Assembly: GCA_964618805.1 (NCBI GenBank)
Contig: CAZUBM010000009.1
Location: 1-64,000, forward strand
Length of the DNA: 64,000 nucleotides
From: an uncultured Nitrososphaerota archaeon
Lineage (GTDB): Archaea > Korarchaeota > Korarchaeia > Korarchaeales > Korarchaeaceae
Direction: 5' to 3'
In this document: one piece after another, positions 1 through 9,602 of the stretch
Position numbering within the stretch: the first letter of the stretch is position 1
Layout of the letters: each line of letters opens with the position of its first letter
Notes under the pieces: generated by a model
Seen by the model: only the letters and a program-made list of their open reading frames with translations
Told to the model about the DNA's origin: nothing
Databases searched by the model: none
Position numbers and translations under genes: made by a program

Positions 1-327
1 AACCTCGCTTAACATTTCCTGATACTCCTTTAGTAGAAGCTCCCTTACTTCTGGTCATTCATCACTTCGCCTACGGTTACTCCTCTCCTCTCCGCTATCT
101 CCCTTATCCTCGAATAGAGAGATCTGCTCAGGTTCCTAATCGGTATCGGCCTTCTTTGCCAGTCCTCTTCCTCGATCAAGTGTCTTACGCTAACAACGGC
201 CCTTGGTCTGTGCATTGCAGCCCTAAATGCCCTTCTCATGGCACTATCTATCATTAATCCAATTCTCTTGCCGAATTCTTCGGCCCATTCTTCCCATCTT
301 TTCTCAAATTCCTCCCACCTCTCTTCC
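1..327 (-). pseudogene. 5'-truncated ribbon-helix-helix-type DNA-binding protein fragment
   Basis: The frame EWAEEFGKRIGLMIDSAMRR...PIPIRNLSRSLYSRIREIAERRGVTVGEVMN resembles an RHH motif. Its 5' end abuts the HD-gene fragment at about 327. Confidence 0.45.
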
Positions 328-515
328 CTTAAGACAGCTGTGAGATATCCTCTTGTCCAATGTCTTTCGGATCTGAAAGACCCCCGCGCTATTGTTCATC
401 CAGATCTTGATTCTAACAGGAGGTCTCCTCACTCTCTCTATGGAAAGGGCAGAGACCGTGTGAATGTTAACATTTCCTGCCTCAAATATAAGCCTTCCTC
501 TTCTCGACAACAAAC
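327..515 (-). pseudogene. Internally deleted copy of the HD-domain phosphohydrolase gene (intact copy at 6124-7017)
   Basis: FEAGNVNIHTVSALSIERV..PVRIKIWMNNSAG matches 6229-6417. It is joined directly to the start region (7002-7020) through CTCT microhomology. Confidence 0.9.
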
Positions 516-990
516 TACCTATATGGAAATTCTGGCATAAGAAAAATCGGCGCATGATGGGGCTGTCCTTGATCCTCTAAGTAGCAGAATAGTTTAAAGA
601 AAGTGCAACCAAGCACTTAGATCCACCACAATAGTACCTTGCCGATTTTTCATGTATAGGGCTGTCATATGGATCTCTTAGAAGGATAGTAAGTAACTAC
701 CATTTTAATAAAACAACCTCCCACGTGAGGTTGATCTTAAACCTAGAGTTTCTAGTTATGGAAGAACCAGATCCGTCTCAGAGGCATATTATGGAAGAGA
801 TACCATTATTACGGCTGTTTAAGCTCTATGCTAGGTGTTTTTAGCGACAATATTCTCGATTTTAGGCACTGTCCTTGGTATTAAGGGACAGACTTCTTTT
901 CTGCTAGAAATCGCTCTAAGCGAAGAGAGATGAAGTAAACAACTCAGTTCTCAAAACTTTTATTTTAGTAATGCGCTTGAAAAATGAGAG

Positions 991-1386
991 TTGCCTAGGA
1001 AAAAACTGACACCCCTCCAGAGGGCCTTAATATTGGCTTGGCATGTCGCTCGGGGATTCCTGGTCCGATCAGAATCGAGTAAGATCTATCACTTCGCTAA
1101 GGCGGCATATCATGGCAAGAGACTAACAGAAAAGGGGTTTAAGAGGCAAAAAGATGCTGAAAAACTTGGATTGTCAAAGAAACAGTATGAAATTCTCGTA
1201 GCTTTAGCAAACGGTCAGGCTTATACGGTTAAGCAACTTGCTGAGAGGTTAGAAGCATCTGAAAGGACAATAAGAAAGTATCTTAACAAATTCGCTGAAG
1301 AGGACATAGTAGAGAAGGATACATCAAGTCGCCCTTACCTTTATAGGTTAAGTAGGAAAGTATTTGAACCTTTGGAGGAGGAATAG
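991..1386 (+). CDS. Winged helix-turn-helix transcriptional regulator (TrmB/ArsR-like)
   Basis: LGLSKKQYEILVAL...TVKQLAERLEASERTIRKYLNKF...RPYLYRL is a wHTH. Confidence 0.75.
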   Translation: MPRKKLTPLQRALILAWHVARGFLVRSESSKIYHFAKAAYHGKRLTEKGFKRQKDAEKLGLSKKQYEILVALANGQAYTVKQLAERLEASERTIRKYLNKFAEEDIVEKDTSSRPYLYRLSRKVFEPLEEE

Positions 1387-1389
1387 TAA

Positions 1390-1659
1390 ATGCCCGAAGA
1401 TGAGAAGCAGAAGGAGAAGGGGTTGGATCTTTTTGGAGGGGGAACGGCTACAGCCATTCAACTGATCCTCTTAACCAAAGCTCTTAAGAGACTTGCGGAT
1501 AAAATAGAAAAGGAGCAATTTGATAGGGCGTTCCTAAGCGATGCTGTATATGTAATAGGGGCTCTTTTCATCCTGCTTGGAATAAGCCATCCCTCTACCC
1601 TGAAGAGTATGAAATCATTTTTTGAAGACCTTCTCTCAGAGAAAGAGGAGAAAGAATAA
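1390..1659 (+). CDS. Hypothetical small protein with one hydrophobic segment
   Basis: ORF starts 3 nt after the wHTH gene, with a GGAGG RBS and typical codon usage. Confidence 0.6.
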   Translation: MPEDEKQKEKGLDLFGGGTATAIQLILLTKALKRLADKIEKEQFDRAFLSDAVYVIGALFILLGISHPSTLKSMKSFFEDLLSEKEEKE

Positions 1660-1739
1660 TAGGGACCAGTTTTTATCGGACCTGTCCAAGGGAGAAGGTT
1701 TTAATCTTCTCATTTAAGGTTTTTATCGGTGGTTCTGAG

Positions 1740-2312
1740 TTGCAGTTAGCTCCAGAACCTTATATATACGTGTTGATTATCGTTATTGCCATAATTCTAG
1801 CCTACAGGATAATAGTTGCTTTGGCCCTTGGAATGCTTGCTTCTAAACTCAGAGGGAGGTTTGGAGTCTCAAAGAAGGAGATGACATATGTTGTCATAGC
1901 AAGCTTCTTTGACACAGTACTTGGGATCTTTATTCTAGCAATGAGCGCCTTAACTAGGGAAGTGGATCCAAAAAAGGCAAAAAGAGTCATATTAAGGATG
2001 AAAGACGATGCGTCAAGGATAATAACTACTTTAGAGGAGGTCAAGGATCCCCCAGTTAGGAACTTAGTTAAAGACGTGGAGCTTATTGCACAAAAACTTT
2101 CCCAAATAGAGGAGGATCTCGAGGTAATGTCCGAGGAAACGATGGAAATATTAGAGAAGATGGAATCAGAGCTCCTTTACATCAGAGATAAAGCTGACGA
2201 TATAAGCATAGAAACTGATGAGAAAATTAGAGCCAAAATGACATCCCTTTGTGCGAAAAGAGCCAGTATACTAACCGAACTAATAAGAAAGCTCATAAGT
2301 TCTCTCACTTGA
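1740..2312 (+). CDS. Hypothetical membrane protein (2 TM plus cytoplasmic helical bundle)
   Basis: Two N-terminal hydrophobic helices followed by a charged heptad-like C-terminus. Confidence 0.7.
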   Translation: MQLAPEPYIYVLIIVIAIILAYRIIVALALGMLASKLRGRFGVSKKEMTYVVIASFFDTVLGIFILAMSALTREVDPKKAKRVILRMKDDASRIITTLEEVKDPPVRNLVKDVELIAQKLSQIEEDLEVMSEETMEILEKMESELLYIRDKADDISIETDEKIRAKMTSLCAKRASILTELIRKLISSLT

Positions 2313-2378
2313 AGAATTTCTTGAGCAGAGCAAGGTTCTTTTATTCTAACTCATGCTAGGTGAGGAATGGCATCTGCT

Positions 2379-2744
2379 TCAAGCTTCTTTAGTTTCTCCT
2401 TCCCCTCTTAGCTTCTTTATCAGATCAACTATTTCTTTGACGGCCTCTCTCGGCTCTTTTTCTTCTTTCTCGGCCTTCTCCTTTCCTGCTTCAAGAAGTC
2501 CTACTAAAACTGCAGTACCTAGCTCAAGAAGATCTTCTTTCTCCTTTTCTGGCAAGTATTCCTTTGCAATTTTTACCATTTTTTCCTTCATACTAAGACT
2601 CTTGTCGGATAATATGTCCATGATCTCCTTTCTTTCAAGAATCGTTGCTAAAAGAGCATAGGCTACTGCTGACGATCCAATTGCCTTTAAAATGGCTTTA
2701 GAGGTGGTCTCTTCTTTTTTCTCCTCTTTCTCTTCTTCTCCCAC
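2379..2744 (-). CDS. Hypothetical E/K-rich protein
   Basis: 121-aa ORF with purine-rich coding bias. The opposite-strand ORF is its S/F-rich shadow. Confidence 0.65.
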   Translation of the reverse strand: MGEEEKEEKKEETTSKAILKAIGSSAVAYALLATILERKEIMDILSDKSLSMKEKMVKIAKEYLPEKEKEDLLELGTAVLVGLLEAGKEKAEKEEKEPREAVKEIVDLIKKLRGEGETKEA

Positions 2745-3208
2745 CTTTCATCCCTGACCTTTTTTATCAAGGATTCTATATTAACCTTTTGTTCATTTTT
2801 AGACATTACATTAGAAAAATAGAGCATCTTATAGTAGAATTATAGAATTTGAGTGGTCTTGGAGAAGAGTTACTGGGAGCCTCATATGCAGGTGTCAGAA
2901 TTACAAGATTCTTTCGAACTAGAATAGAACTGGTCGATTGGAGGATAAAAAGGATAGTTCCTAGTATTGATCTCAGCGCAGGCATCAGGATTCTCTATCA
3001 GAGAATTTGGGCTTCTCAATGTGTAACTCAACTTCCAAAGGGGACGTAAACGAAGCTGTTTTTAAATGTAATTGACACAGGCAAGGCAGAACCGTAGCAT
3101 TAGAAAATCTTTGGCTGGAGATTACATAACAAAGGTAAAAGTAAGATTGTAGTAAAGTGGCTTATTATAACCTCTAGATATCAGAATGATTTTAAAGAAA
3201 GCATAACT

Positions 3209-3574
3209 ATGCATTTTAGATCCAATATGGTAATACCATTTAGAGAGGTGAGTCAAAGCACCCTTACTAATTTCATCGTGTATACTGTTGTGATATGGAT
3301 CTCCCAGAAGCTAATACTCCCCGCTGAAAAGGAAAAGGGGGTCTTTTCCATCATAACCTTAACTCTAATCATCTCGATTGTCCACCTTGTTCTCAGGCTT
3401 ATAATACCCGAATTTTGGATTTGGTTAGTAATCTTCGCCATAGCAGGGATAGGTTTGATAAAGCGATGGTTTGATGTCGATTGGGCCCGAGGTATAGCTA
3501 TTGGTGTAATTTCTGCAGCGTTGGCCCAGTTAATAGCGTACCTACCTCAGATCATGGAAATGCTTGGAACATAA
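3209..3574 (+). CDS. Hypothetical 4-TM membrane protein
   Basis: Four hydrophobic segments. A degraded paralogue lies at 7105-7321. Confidence 0.7.
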   Translation: MHFRSNMVIPFREVSQSTLTNFIVYTVVIWISQKLILPAEKEKGVFSIITLTLIISIVHLVLRLIIPEFWIWLVIFAIAGIGLIKRWFDVDWARGIAIGVISAALAQLIAYLPQIMEMLGT

Positions 3575-3775
3575 GGGAACATTACCAATGTCTCAACTCC
3601 ATATTATCAACGAGAATCTCTAGCCCTCCTACTTAAAACGAATGGCATATCATCTATTTTTTCGGCTACTAAGTGTTTTTTGATTGATATAACAACAGAA
3701 TTTCTACATTAATGACTTTTTTATTAAATCGTAATCATAACTTTCCATGGGATAAATCGTTAATGTTAGAGCAAG

Positions 3776-4357
3776 GTGCGTGACATACTAGTAGAAATTG
3801 CCTTCGTAGTTCTCCTCATGATAATGAGCGCTTACGCCATCAGACACTATAAGTTTACTTGGAGCAGGCTGTACGGTAAGCAAAGGAGGGCATATCAAGA
3901 GCTTGCAGGGCATTATTTGCCAAGCGTTAGCATAATAGTACCCATGCATAATGAGGAGGTGGTAGCACCGCACATCCTGCAGAGACTTGTGGAGATGGAT
4001 TATCCCAAGGAAAATGGAATATATGAAGTGATTGCATTAGATGGCTGCTCTCAAGACAGGACCGGGGAAATAATAGATGAGTTTGCTGAAAAGTATCCCT
4101 TCATAAAGGCAGTTCATAGAACAGAAAATGGTGGAAACGGAAAAACCAGAAGCTATGAAAATCGCTCTGAGATTTGCTCATAATGAAATCATTATCACCT
4201 TTGATGCGGACTATCTTCCACCAAAAGATTGCGTTAAGAGGCTCGTCGCGCCCTTCCACGATCCAGAGGTGGGGGTGTCATGGGTAGGGTTGTGCCAGCA
4301 AACACACCAGACAGCCTTACTACGAGGCTCTTAGATCTCGAAAGAGCGGCTGGATAC
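3776..4357 (+). pseudogene. Truncated, frameshifted copy of the GT2 at 7570-8946
   Basis: Homologous to the first ~195 codons of the 7570 gene. Frameshifts near 4140 and 4275, and it ends at LERAAGY. Confidence 0.9.
3819..3959 (+). repeat. 141-bp exact direct repeat (second copy at 7613-7753)
   Basis: Compared base by base, TGATAATGAGCG...CATAATGAGGAGG is identical in both copies, while the flanks are diverged. Confidence 0.9.
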
Positions 4358-4364
4358 GCGCGCT

Positions 4365-5078
4365 AACCTTATGTCACAGGCAGGAGAGCATAGGGCTTTT
4401 TGGCATACCCTTCTATCGCTACATAGATATAGATGACTCTAAAAGGGTTTTAAGGGCAATAAGGGCAACTCCAAAGGACAGACCAATAGATCTGATTATT
4501 CACACGCCCGGTGGACTTGTGATAGCAGTAACCCAAATAGCAAAGGCCACAAGAGAACATCCAGCTAAGATGACAGTGATAGTGCCCACTACGCCATGAG
4601 CGGAGGAACCCTAATTGTCTTAGCTACCGACGAGATCCTAATGGATAGGAACGCAGTTTTGGGACCCATTGACCCACAGCTTGGAAGATATCGAGCCCCA
4701 TCCATACTTAAGGCAGTAAAGCAGAAGAGTCCGAACAAAATAGATGACAAGACCCTTATAATGGCAGATATGGCAGAAAAAGCAATAAATCAGGTTAGGG
4801 AATTCGTTTTATGGCTCTTAGAGGATAAAATGAGCAAAGAGAAGGCAGAGGAAGTTGCTAAGATGTTTACTGAGGGAAGATGGACCCACGACTACCCGAT
4901 AACATACGAGAAGGCGAAGGAATCGGGGCTTCCAGTTAGAGACGATGTTCCACATGAAGTTTACGCTTTAATGGAGCTTTATCCACAGCCCATAGTTAGA
5001 AGGGTTCCAACCGTAGAATTCATGCCAGCTCCTCGCGTCTCAAGGAGAGAGGCAGCGCAGAGTTATGTGCCAAGCTAG
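4365..5078 (+). pseudogene. ClpP-like SDH-family serine protease, 5'-truncated and frameshifted
   Basis: HRQESIGLFGIPFYRYIDIDDS..DLIIHTPGGL, then a frameshift to AMSGGTL..LGPIDPQ..WTHDYPIT. The N-terminus is replaced by the GT2 fragment. Confidence 0.85.
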
Positions 5079-6106
5079 GTAGAACTAAGCAGGGACTCAA
5101 GGACCTCGTATACCTCATCCCTTGGCGGAGGGTTCAGCGCCATCCTTTCACTGTCTCGAATCATCCAGACTCCTTTACCTTTTTTCACGCTTCCAATGAT
5201 CGCTGAACAAATCCCTTCATTTTTTAAGGCCTCTACAGCCTTTTTTGCATCCTCTCCCCTAACAGCAGCTAGCAAGGTCCCTGAGGAAAGTATGTTCAAG
5301 GGATTAAGCCCTAGATGCGAGCATATCCTTCTCGTCTCCTCTCTAATTGGAATAGAGCTGGCTTCTATCTCTATAGAGACATTAGAAGCAACTGCCATCT
5401 CCCATAAGCCGCTTGATATCCCTCCCTCGGTTGGGTCATGTAATGCGTGCACTTCGCAGGAGTCCATCAACACCATGGCGTCTTTTACCACGCTTATCTC
5501 ATGAATCATCCTCTTCGCTCTTTCAACAACATCCCTTCCTAAATAAGGAATTAAGTCCTTCTCAAGCTCAGAGGCTAAGACAGCAGTTCCCTCAAGACCT
5601 GCTGCCTTCGTCAATATGATCGAATCCCCTGGTTTTGCACCTCCAGTCCTGACGTACCTGTCCTTGGGTGCCTCTCCTATCATGAATCCGATGATTATGG
5701 GCCTATTAAGTCCAGCACTTATCTCAGTGTGCCCGCCTATGAGCGCTATTTTGAGCTCCTTGCATGCCTGATCGACCTGTGAAAGTATCCCTTCTACGAT
5801 GCTCTCATCACTTCCTTCTGGTAAGAGTATTGTACAAAGGAACCAGATGGGCTTTACTCCACAAGAAGCAATGTCATTGGCGTTTATATGGACTGAAAGC
5901 CAACCTATGTCCTTAGTAGCTGCTGTAATTGGATCAGTTGCCATTACTAGAACTCTGTCTCTGAACTCAACTATGGCTGCGTCCTCTCCTATCGAGGGAC
6001 CAACTATTACTCTCTCGTCCGGAACCCCTAGCTTAGTGAAAACCAGCCTTTGAAGGAATTCATATGGTAACTTACCTGGGAGAAACCTGCTCATTTGGCT
6101 CACCAA
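5075..6106 (-). CDS. AIR synthase-family protein (HypE/ThiL-like)
   Basis: Motifs GEDAA, TDPIT, NANDIA, GGHTE and LHDPTEGG. Confidence 0.85.
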   Translation of the reverse strand: MVSQMSRFLPGKLPYEFLQRLVFTKLGVPDERVIVGPSIGEDAAIVEFRDRVLVMATDPITAATKDIGWLSVHINANDIASCGVKPIWFLCTILLPEGSDESIVEGILSQVDQACKELKIALIGGHTEISAGLNRPIIIGFMIGEAPKDRYVRTGGAKPGDSIILTKAAGLEGTAVLASELEKDLIPYLGRDVVERAKRMIHEISVVKDAMVLMDSCEVHALHDPTEGGISSGLWEMAVASNVSIEIEASSIPIREETRRICSHLGLNPLNILSSGTLLAAVRGEDAKKAVEALKNEGICSAIIGSVKKGKGVWMIRDSERMALNPPPRDEVYEVLESLLSST

Positions 6107-6123
6107 GAAATGGCAAGCTTAAA

Positions 6124-7017
6124 TCAAAAGGCCTCAAAGCCTTTCTCAGTGAACAAAAGGCTCTGAATTATCCTATTGTCCGTTAAGACCCCTTCTGGCT
6201 GTGTGATTGCATATATTTCCACTTTTACCTTAAGACGGCTGTGAGATATCTTCTTGTCCAATGTCTCTTGGATCTGAAAGATTCCCGCACTGTTGTTCAT
6301 CCAGATCTTGATTCTAACAGGAGCTCTCTCCCCTCTCTCTATCTCCACTCTCTCTATGGAGAGGGCAGAGACCGTGTGAATGTTAACATTTCCTGCCTCA
6401 AATGTAAGCCTTCCTCTGCCCTTTGCCATATCCGTTCCATCAGCTATCCCAACTAGGGAAGCCTCTATCGTAAGATCATCCATTTCAAACTCGTGAGAGT
6501 ATATCGTGTGTAGAATATGACCTCTAACCTCGTACATTAACTCAGGCTCGGAGTATACTAAAGGAAGAAGCCCGTTTAAAAGAGGTATGGCTAGATAAAC
6601 CCCACTTACGTTATGCATCTCCCTATGAACCTGGTTTCCTATGTCATGAAGGAGTCCTCCTGTCATCACAATCAGATGAGCATCATCCTCGTTCCCTGCC
6701 CTCTCTTTCATTATGTCTGGGAGGACTCCTCCTTCCAAGAGCAATTTAAGCATTTTTAGGGCATTTGCAGCCGCTATTTTTGCGTGAACTTCTCCATGAT
6801 CATTGTAATGCAGCTTTGATGTGGTTATGTAGTCAGCCATGTCCCAGTTTGCGTTAACCTCAGCGTCTTCATTCAGTATCTTCCACATCTTCTCGGCCTT
6901 TGGATATGCTCCCACTATGCTAGATATGGCTTCCTCTGCCTCCTTTTTTAGTTTAAAATGTGATGAAGGCACCTCTATTTCGAACCCCATTCCTGTCCTC
7001 ACTCTTCTCGACAACAA
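6124..7017 (-). CDS. HD-domain metal-dependent phosphohydrolase
   Basis: YNDHGEVH...LLHDIGN...H..ADGTD HD-superfamily motifs. Confidence 0.9.
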   Translation of the reverse strand: MLSRRVRTGMGFEIEVPSSHFKLKKEAEEAISSIVGAYPKAEKMWKILNEDAEVNANWDMADYITTSKLHYNDHGEVHAKIAAANALKMLKLLLEGGVLPDIMKERAGNEDDAHLIVMTGGLLHDIGNQVHREMHNVSGVYLAIPLLNGLLPLVYSEPELMYEVRGHILHTIYSHEFEMDDLTIEASLVGIADGTDMAKGRGRLTFEAGNVNIHTVSALSIERVEIERGERAPVRIKIWMNNSAGIFQIQETLDKKISHSRLKVKVEIYAITQPEGVLTDNRIIQSLLFTEKGFEAF

Positions 7018-7104
7018 ATCACCTAGTATGGAAATTGTGGCATCAGAAAAATATTTAGTAATTAATTTCGAGAAAATGAAAATTGGCGCGCGATAAGGCT
7101 GTCC

Positions 7105-7321
7105 TTGGCCCTGACATTCATTATTTCAGTAGTGCACCTCATCTTAAGGCCTATAATTCCTGAATTTTTGATTTGGCTGGTGATCTTTGCCATAGCTGGG
7201 AAGTCTATAAAAGGTGGTTTGATGTTGAGTGGATGCTGGGTATAGAAATGAGTACGATCTCTGCGGCTTTACCCAGCTACTAGCATATCTGCCCCAGATA
7301 ATGAAAGTTCTTGGAGCATAA
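7105..7321 (+). pseudogene. Degraded 3' part of a paralogue of the 3209-3574 membrane gene
   Basis: IIPEFLIWLVIFAIAG and LAYLPQIMKVLGA* match IIPEFWIWLVIFAIAG and IAYLPQIMEMLGT*. It has frameshifts and no 5' part. Confidence 0.85.
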
Positions 7322-7569
7322 TGAAACATTGGGACGCTACAACTAAACTCCTACAACAAAAATTTTATGTTCTATGCTTGAAAGAAGGGAGCTGTTGCTT
7401 TATCTTTCCTATTTTTTCTTTTTCAAGCCTGATCTCCACTCTACTAAGTTTTTTTGAGATTTAATCAATTGATTGATCTAATGACAAAAATTCTGCATCA
7501 ACGACACATTTTTTAATCATAATCGCGACAATTCCGAATATAGGACAAGTCGTTGATATTAGAACAAGG

Positions 7570-8946
7570 GTGCACGACATGCTAATAGAAATTGCTTTTA
7601 CAGTTCTCTTCGTGATAATGAGCGCTTACGCCATCAGACACTATAAGTTTACTTGGAGCAGGCTGTACGGTAAGCAAAGGAGGGCATATCAAGAGCTTGC
7701 AGGGCATTATTTGCCAAGCGTTAGCATAATAGTACCCATGCATAATGAGGAGGCAGTCGCTCCTCACATCCTGCAGAGACTTGTTGAGATGGATTATCCG
7801 AAAGAAAATGGGAGATATGAAGTTATAGCCCTAGATGATCGTTCTGAAGATAGAACTGGTGAGATAATAGACGAGTTCGCTAGCAGATACCCGTTCATCA
7901 AGGCAGTTCACAGGGTGGAAAACGGAGGACGTGGGAAGCCTGAAGCCATGAACGTTGCGCTTAGGTTCGCGCATAACGACATAGTAATCACATTCGACGC
8001 TGACTACCTTCCTTCAAGGGACTGTGTTAAGAGATTAGCCGCCCCCTTTTATGATCCGGAAGTAGGAGCTGTCATGGGAAGGGTTGTTCCAGCAAATTCC
8101 CCAGATAGTCTGACGACGAGGTTGCTCGACCTAGAGAGGGCGGCTGGCTATCAGGTTGATCAGCAGGCAAGGTACAACTTGGATTTGATAACCCTCTATG
8201 GAGGAACCGTTGGCGGATTCAGGAGAGACGTCCTGAAGAGGCTAGGCGGCTGGGATGAGACGAAGCTAGCCGAAGACACCGATCTCTCTTTTAGGGTCTT
8301 CCTTGCTGGTTGGAAAGTGGTCTATGTGAATGCAGCTGAGGCTTATGAGGAAGCCGTTCCAACGTGGGAGCAGAGGAGTAAACAGCTAAGGAGATGGGCC
8401 ATAGGACACATCCAATGCTTGTTCGACCACCTTATCCCAGTAATTAAGTCACCTTTCCTAACTTTCTGGCAGAAAGTTGACGGAATCCTCCTTCTAGGGG
8501 TATTCCTCATACCTTTCCTGATGTTCTCTGGCTGGATCCTAGGTCTGATATCCTACCTCTTCATGCCCCCGAAGTGGTCAACCTTCTTCATAGCCATACC
8601 AGTGACCATAACCTACACTAATTTGGGGAACTTTGCCATGTTAAATCAAGTAGCTGCAAGCGCCTACATAGACGGGAGGAAGAGGGCGATCTGGCTTTTA
8701 CCATCCATGCTTCTCCTGGTTATTCATAGCGCCTGGGTTTGTACTCTAGCCTTCTTTGAAGCCATATTATTGCACAGGAGGCAGAAGAAGCTAAAGGAGT
8801 GGTACAAGACGTCTAGGGCTGGAAGCAGCTTCTACTACTATAATAACCTGAAGAATAACAATAACAACGTGAATAGCTGGTATAAGACCCAGCACAACGG
8901 AAACGGGCTTGGGTACTTGAACGGCGGGAAGGGGCGAGGATCATGA
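7570..8946 (+). CDS. Processive GT2 glycosyltransferase (cellulose synthase/PgaC-like)
   Basis: D,D,D,QxxRW signature: DD, FDAD, AEDTD, QLRRW. One N-terminal TM and several C-terminal TMs. Confidence 0.92.
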   Translation: MHDMLIEIAFTVLFVIMSAYAIRHYKFTWSRLYGKQRRAYQELAGHYLPSVSIIVPMHNEEAVAPHILQRLVEMDYPKENGRYEVIALDDRSEDRTGEIIDEFASRYPFIKAVHRVENGGRGKPEAMNVALRFAHNDIVITFDADYLPSRDCVKRLAAPFYDPEVGAVMGRVVPANSPDSLTTRLLDLERAAGYQVDQQARYNLDLITLYGGTVGGFRRDVLKRLGGWDETKLAEDTDLSFRVFLAGWKVVYVNAAEAYEEAVPTWEQRSKQLRRWAIGHIQCLFDHLIPVIKSPFLTFWQKVDGILLLGVFLIPFLMFSGWILGLISYLFMPPKWSTFFIAIPVTITYTNLGNFAMLNQVAASAYIDGRKRAIWLLPSMLLLVIHSAWVCTLAFFEAILLHRRQKKLKEWYKTSRAGSSFYYYNNLKNNNNNVNSWYKTQHNGNGLGYLNGGKGRGS

Positions 8947-9602
8947 GCTTAGGGTACATCATTCTGTTCGTCCTGTATGCGGCCTTAGCCCTATTCCCAT
9001 TTATTTTAGGTTTTCTCGAGTACAAGAAACCGGCTGATCCAGGACCTTTGTACATAAACCTAGATACGATAGTATCTGACAGGAAGGAGGCCCTAACCTT
9101 TAGGGAAATCATTGAGCCAGCTGTAGAGATAGGACTTCTAGCAAAAGATGTGGAGGATCTCTCCTCTGAGACTGTTCTCAGGCAAAAACCGAAGTTTCAC
9201 CCTGAGCTCGGTTACTTCAGGCTGATCTATGGGGATGTTGAAATTCCAAGCAACACCGTGATAGAAGATCTTCTGATAGTCATTGGGAACCTCAGGATAG
9301 GCGACATGTGCAAGATGCTGGGAGGCGTTTACGCGACAGGGAATGTGAGGGTCGGCTCAGATTGCACGATAAATTTCATTGCTTCGGACTCAGACGTCTT
9401 CCTGGGCAGGAATACTAGCGTTGAAAGATGGCTGGATGCTAAGGGGATCATCGTAATATCCAAGAACTGCCGCGTCAGAAAAGCCACGTCAGAACACCAG
9501 ATCGAGGTCATAGAATGCTGTGAGATGAGGGAGGCGTGCGCCAATATGGGCTTAGAAGTTCTCGACTCCTCAGAGTTGGTGCAGGGAGGGAGTGAGGGAT
9601 GA
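8943..9602 (+). CDS. Membrane-anchored beta-helix (bactofilin/polymer-forming-like) protein
   Basis: N-terminal TM and repeated GxVxVG/GxLxIG strands. Overlaps the GT2 stop (ATGA). Confidence 0.7.
   Translation: MSLGYIILFVLYAALALFPFILGFLEYKKPADPGPLYINLDTIVSDRKEALTFREIIEPAVEIGLLAKDVEDLSSETVLRQKPKFHPELGYFRLIYGDVEIPSNTVIEDLLIVIGNLRIGDMCKMLGGVYATGNVRVGSDCTINFIASDSDVFLGRNTSVERWLDAKGIIVISKNCRVRKATSEHQIEVIECCEMREACANMGLEVLDSSELVQGGSEG

Noticed and set aside
570-990. Possible eroded gene or ncRNA
   Set aside because: Multiple stops in the frames examined, with no recognisable motif or stable structure.
3776-7753. Diversity-generating retroelement (TR/VR pair) explaining the GT2 repeats
   Set aside because: There is no reverse transcriptase, and the differences are mostly synonymous rather than adenine-specific.
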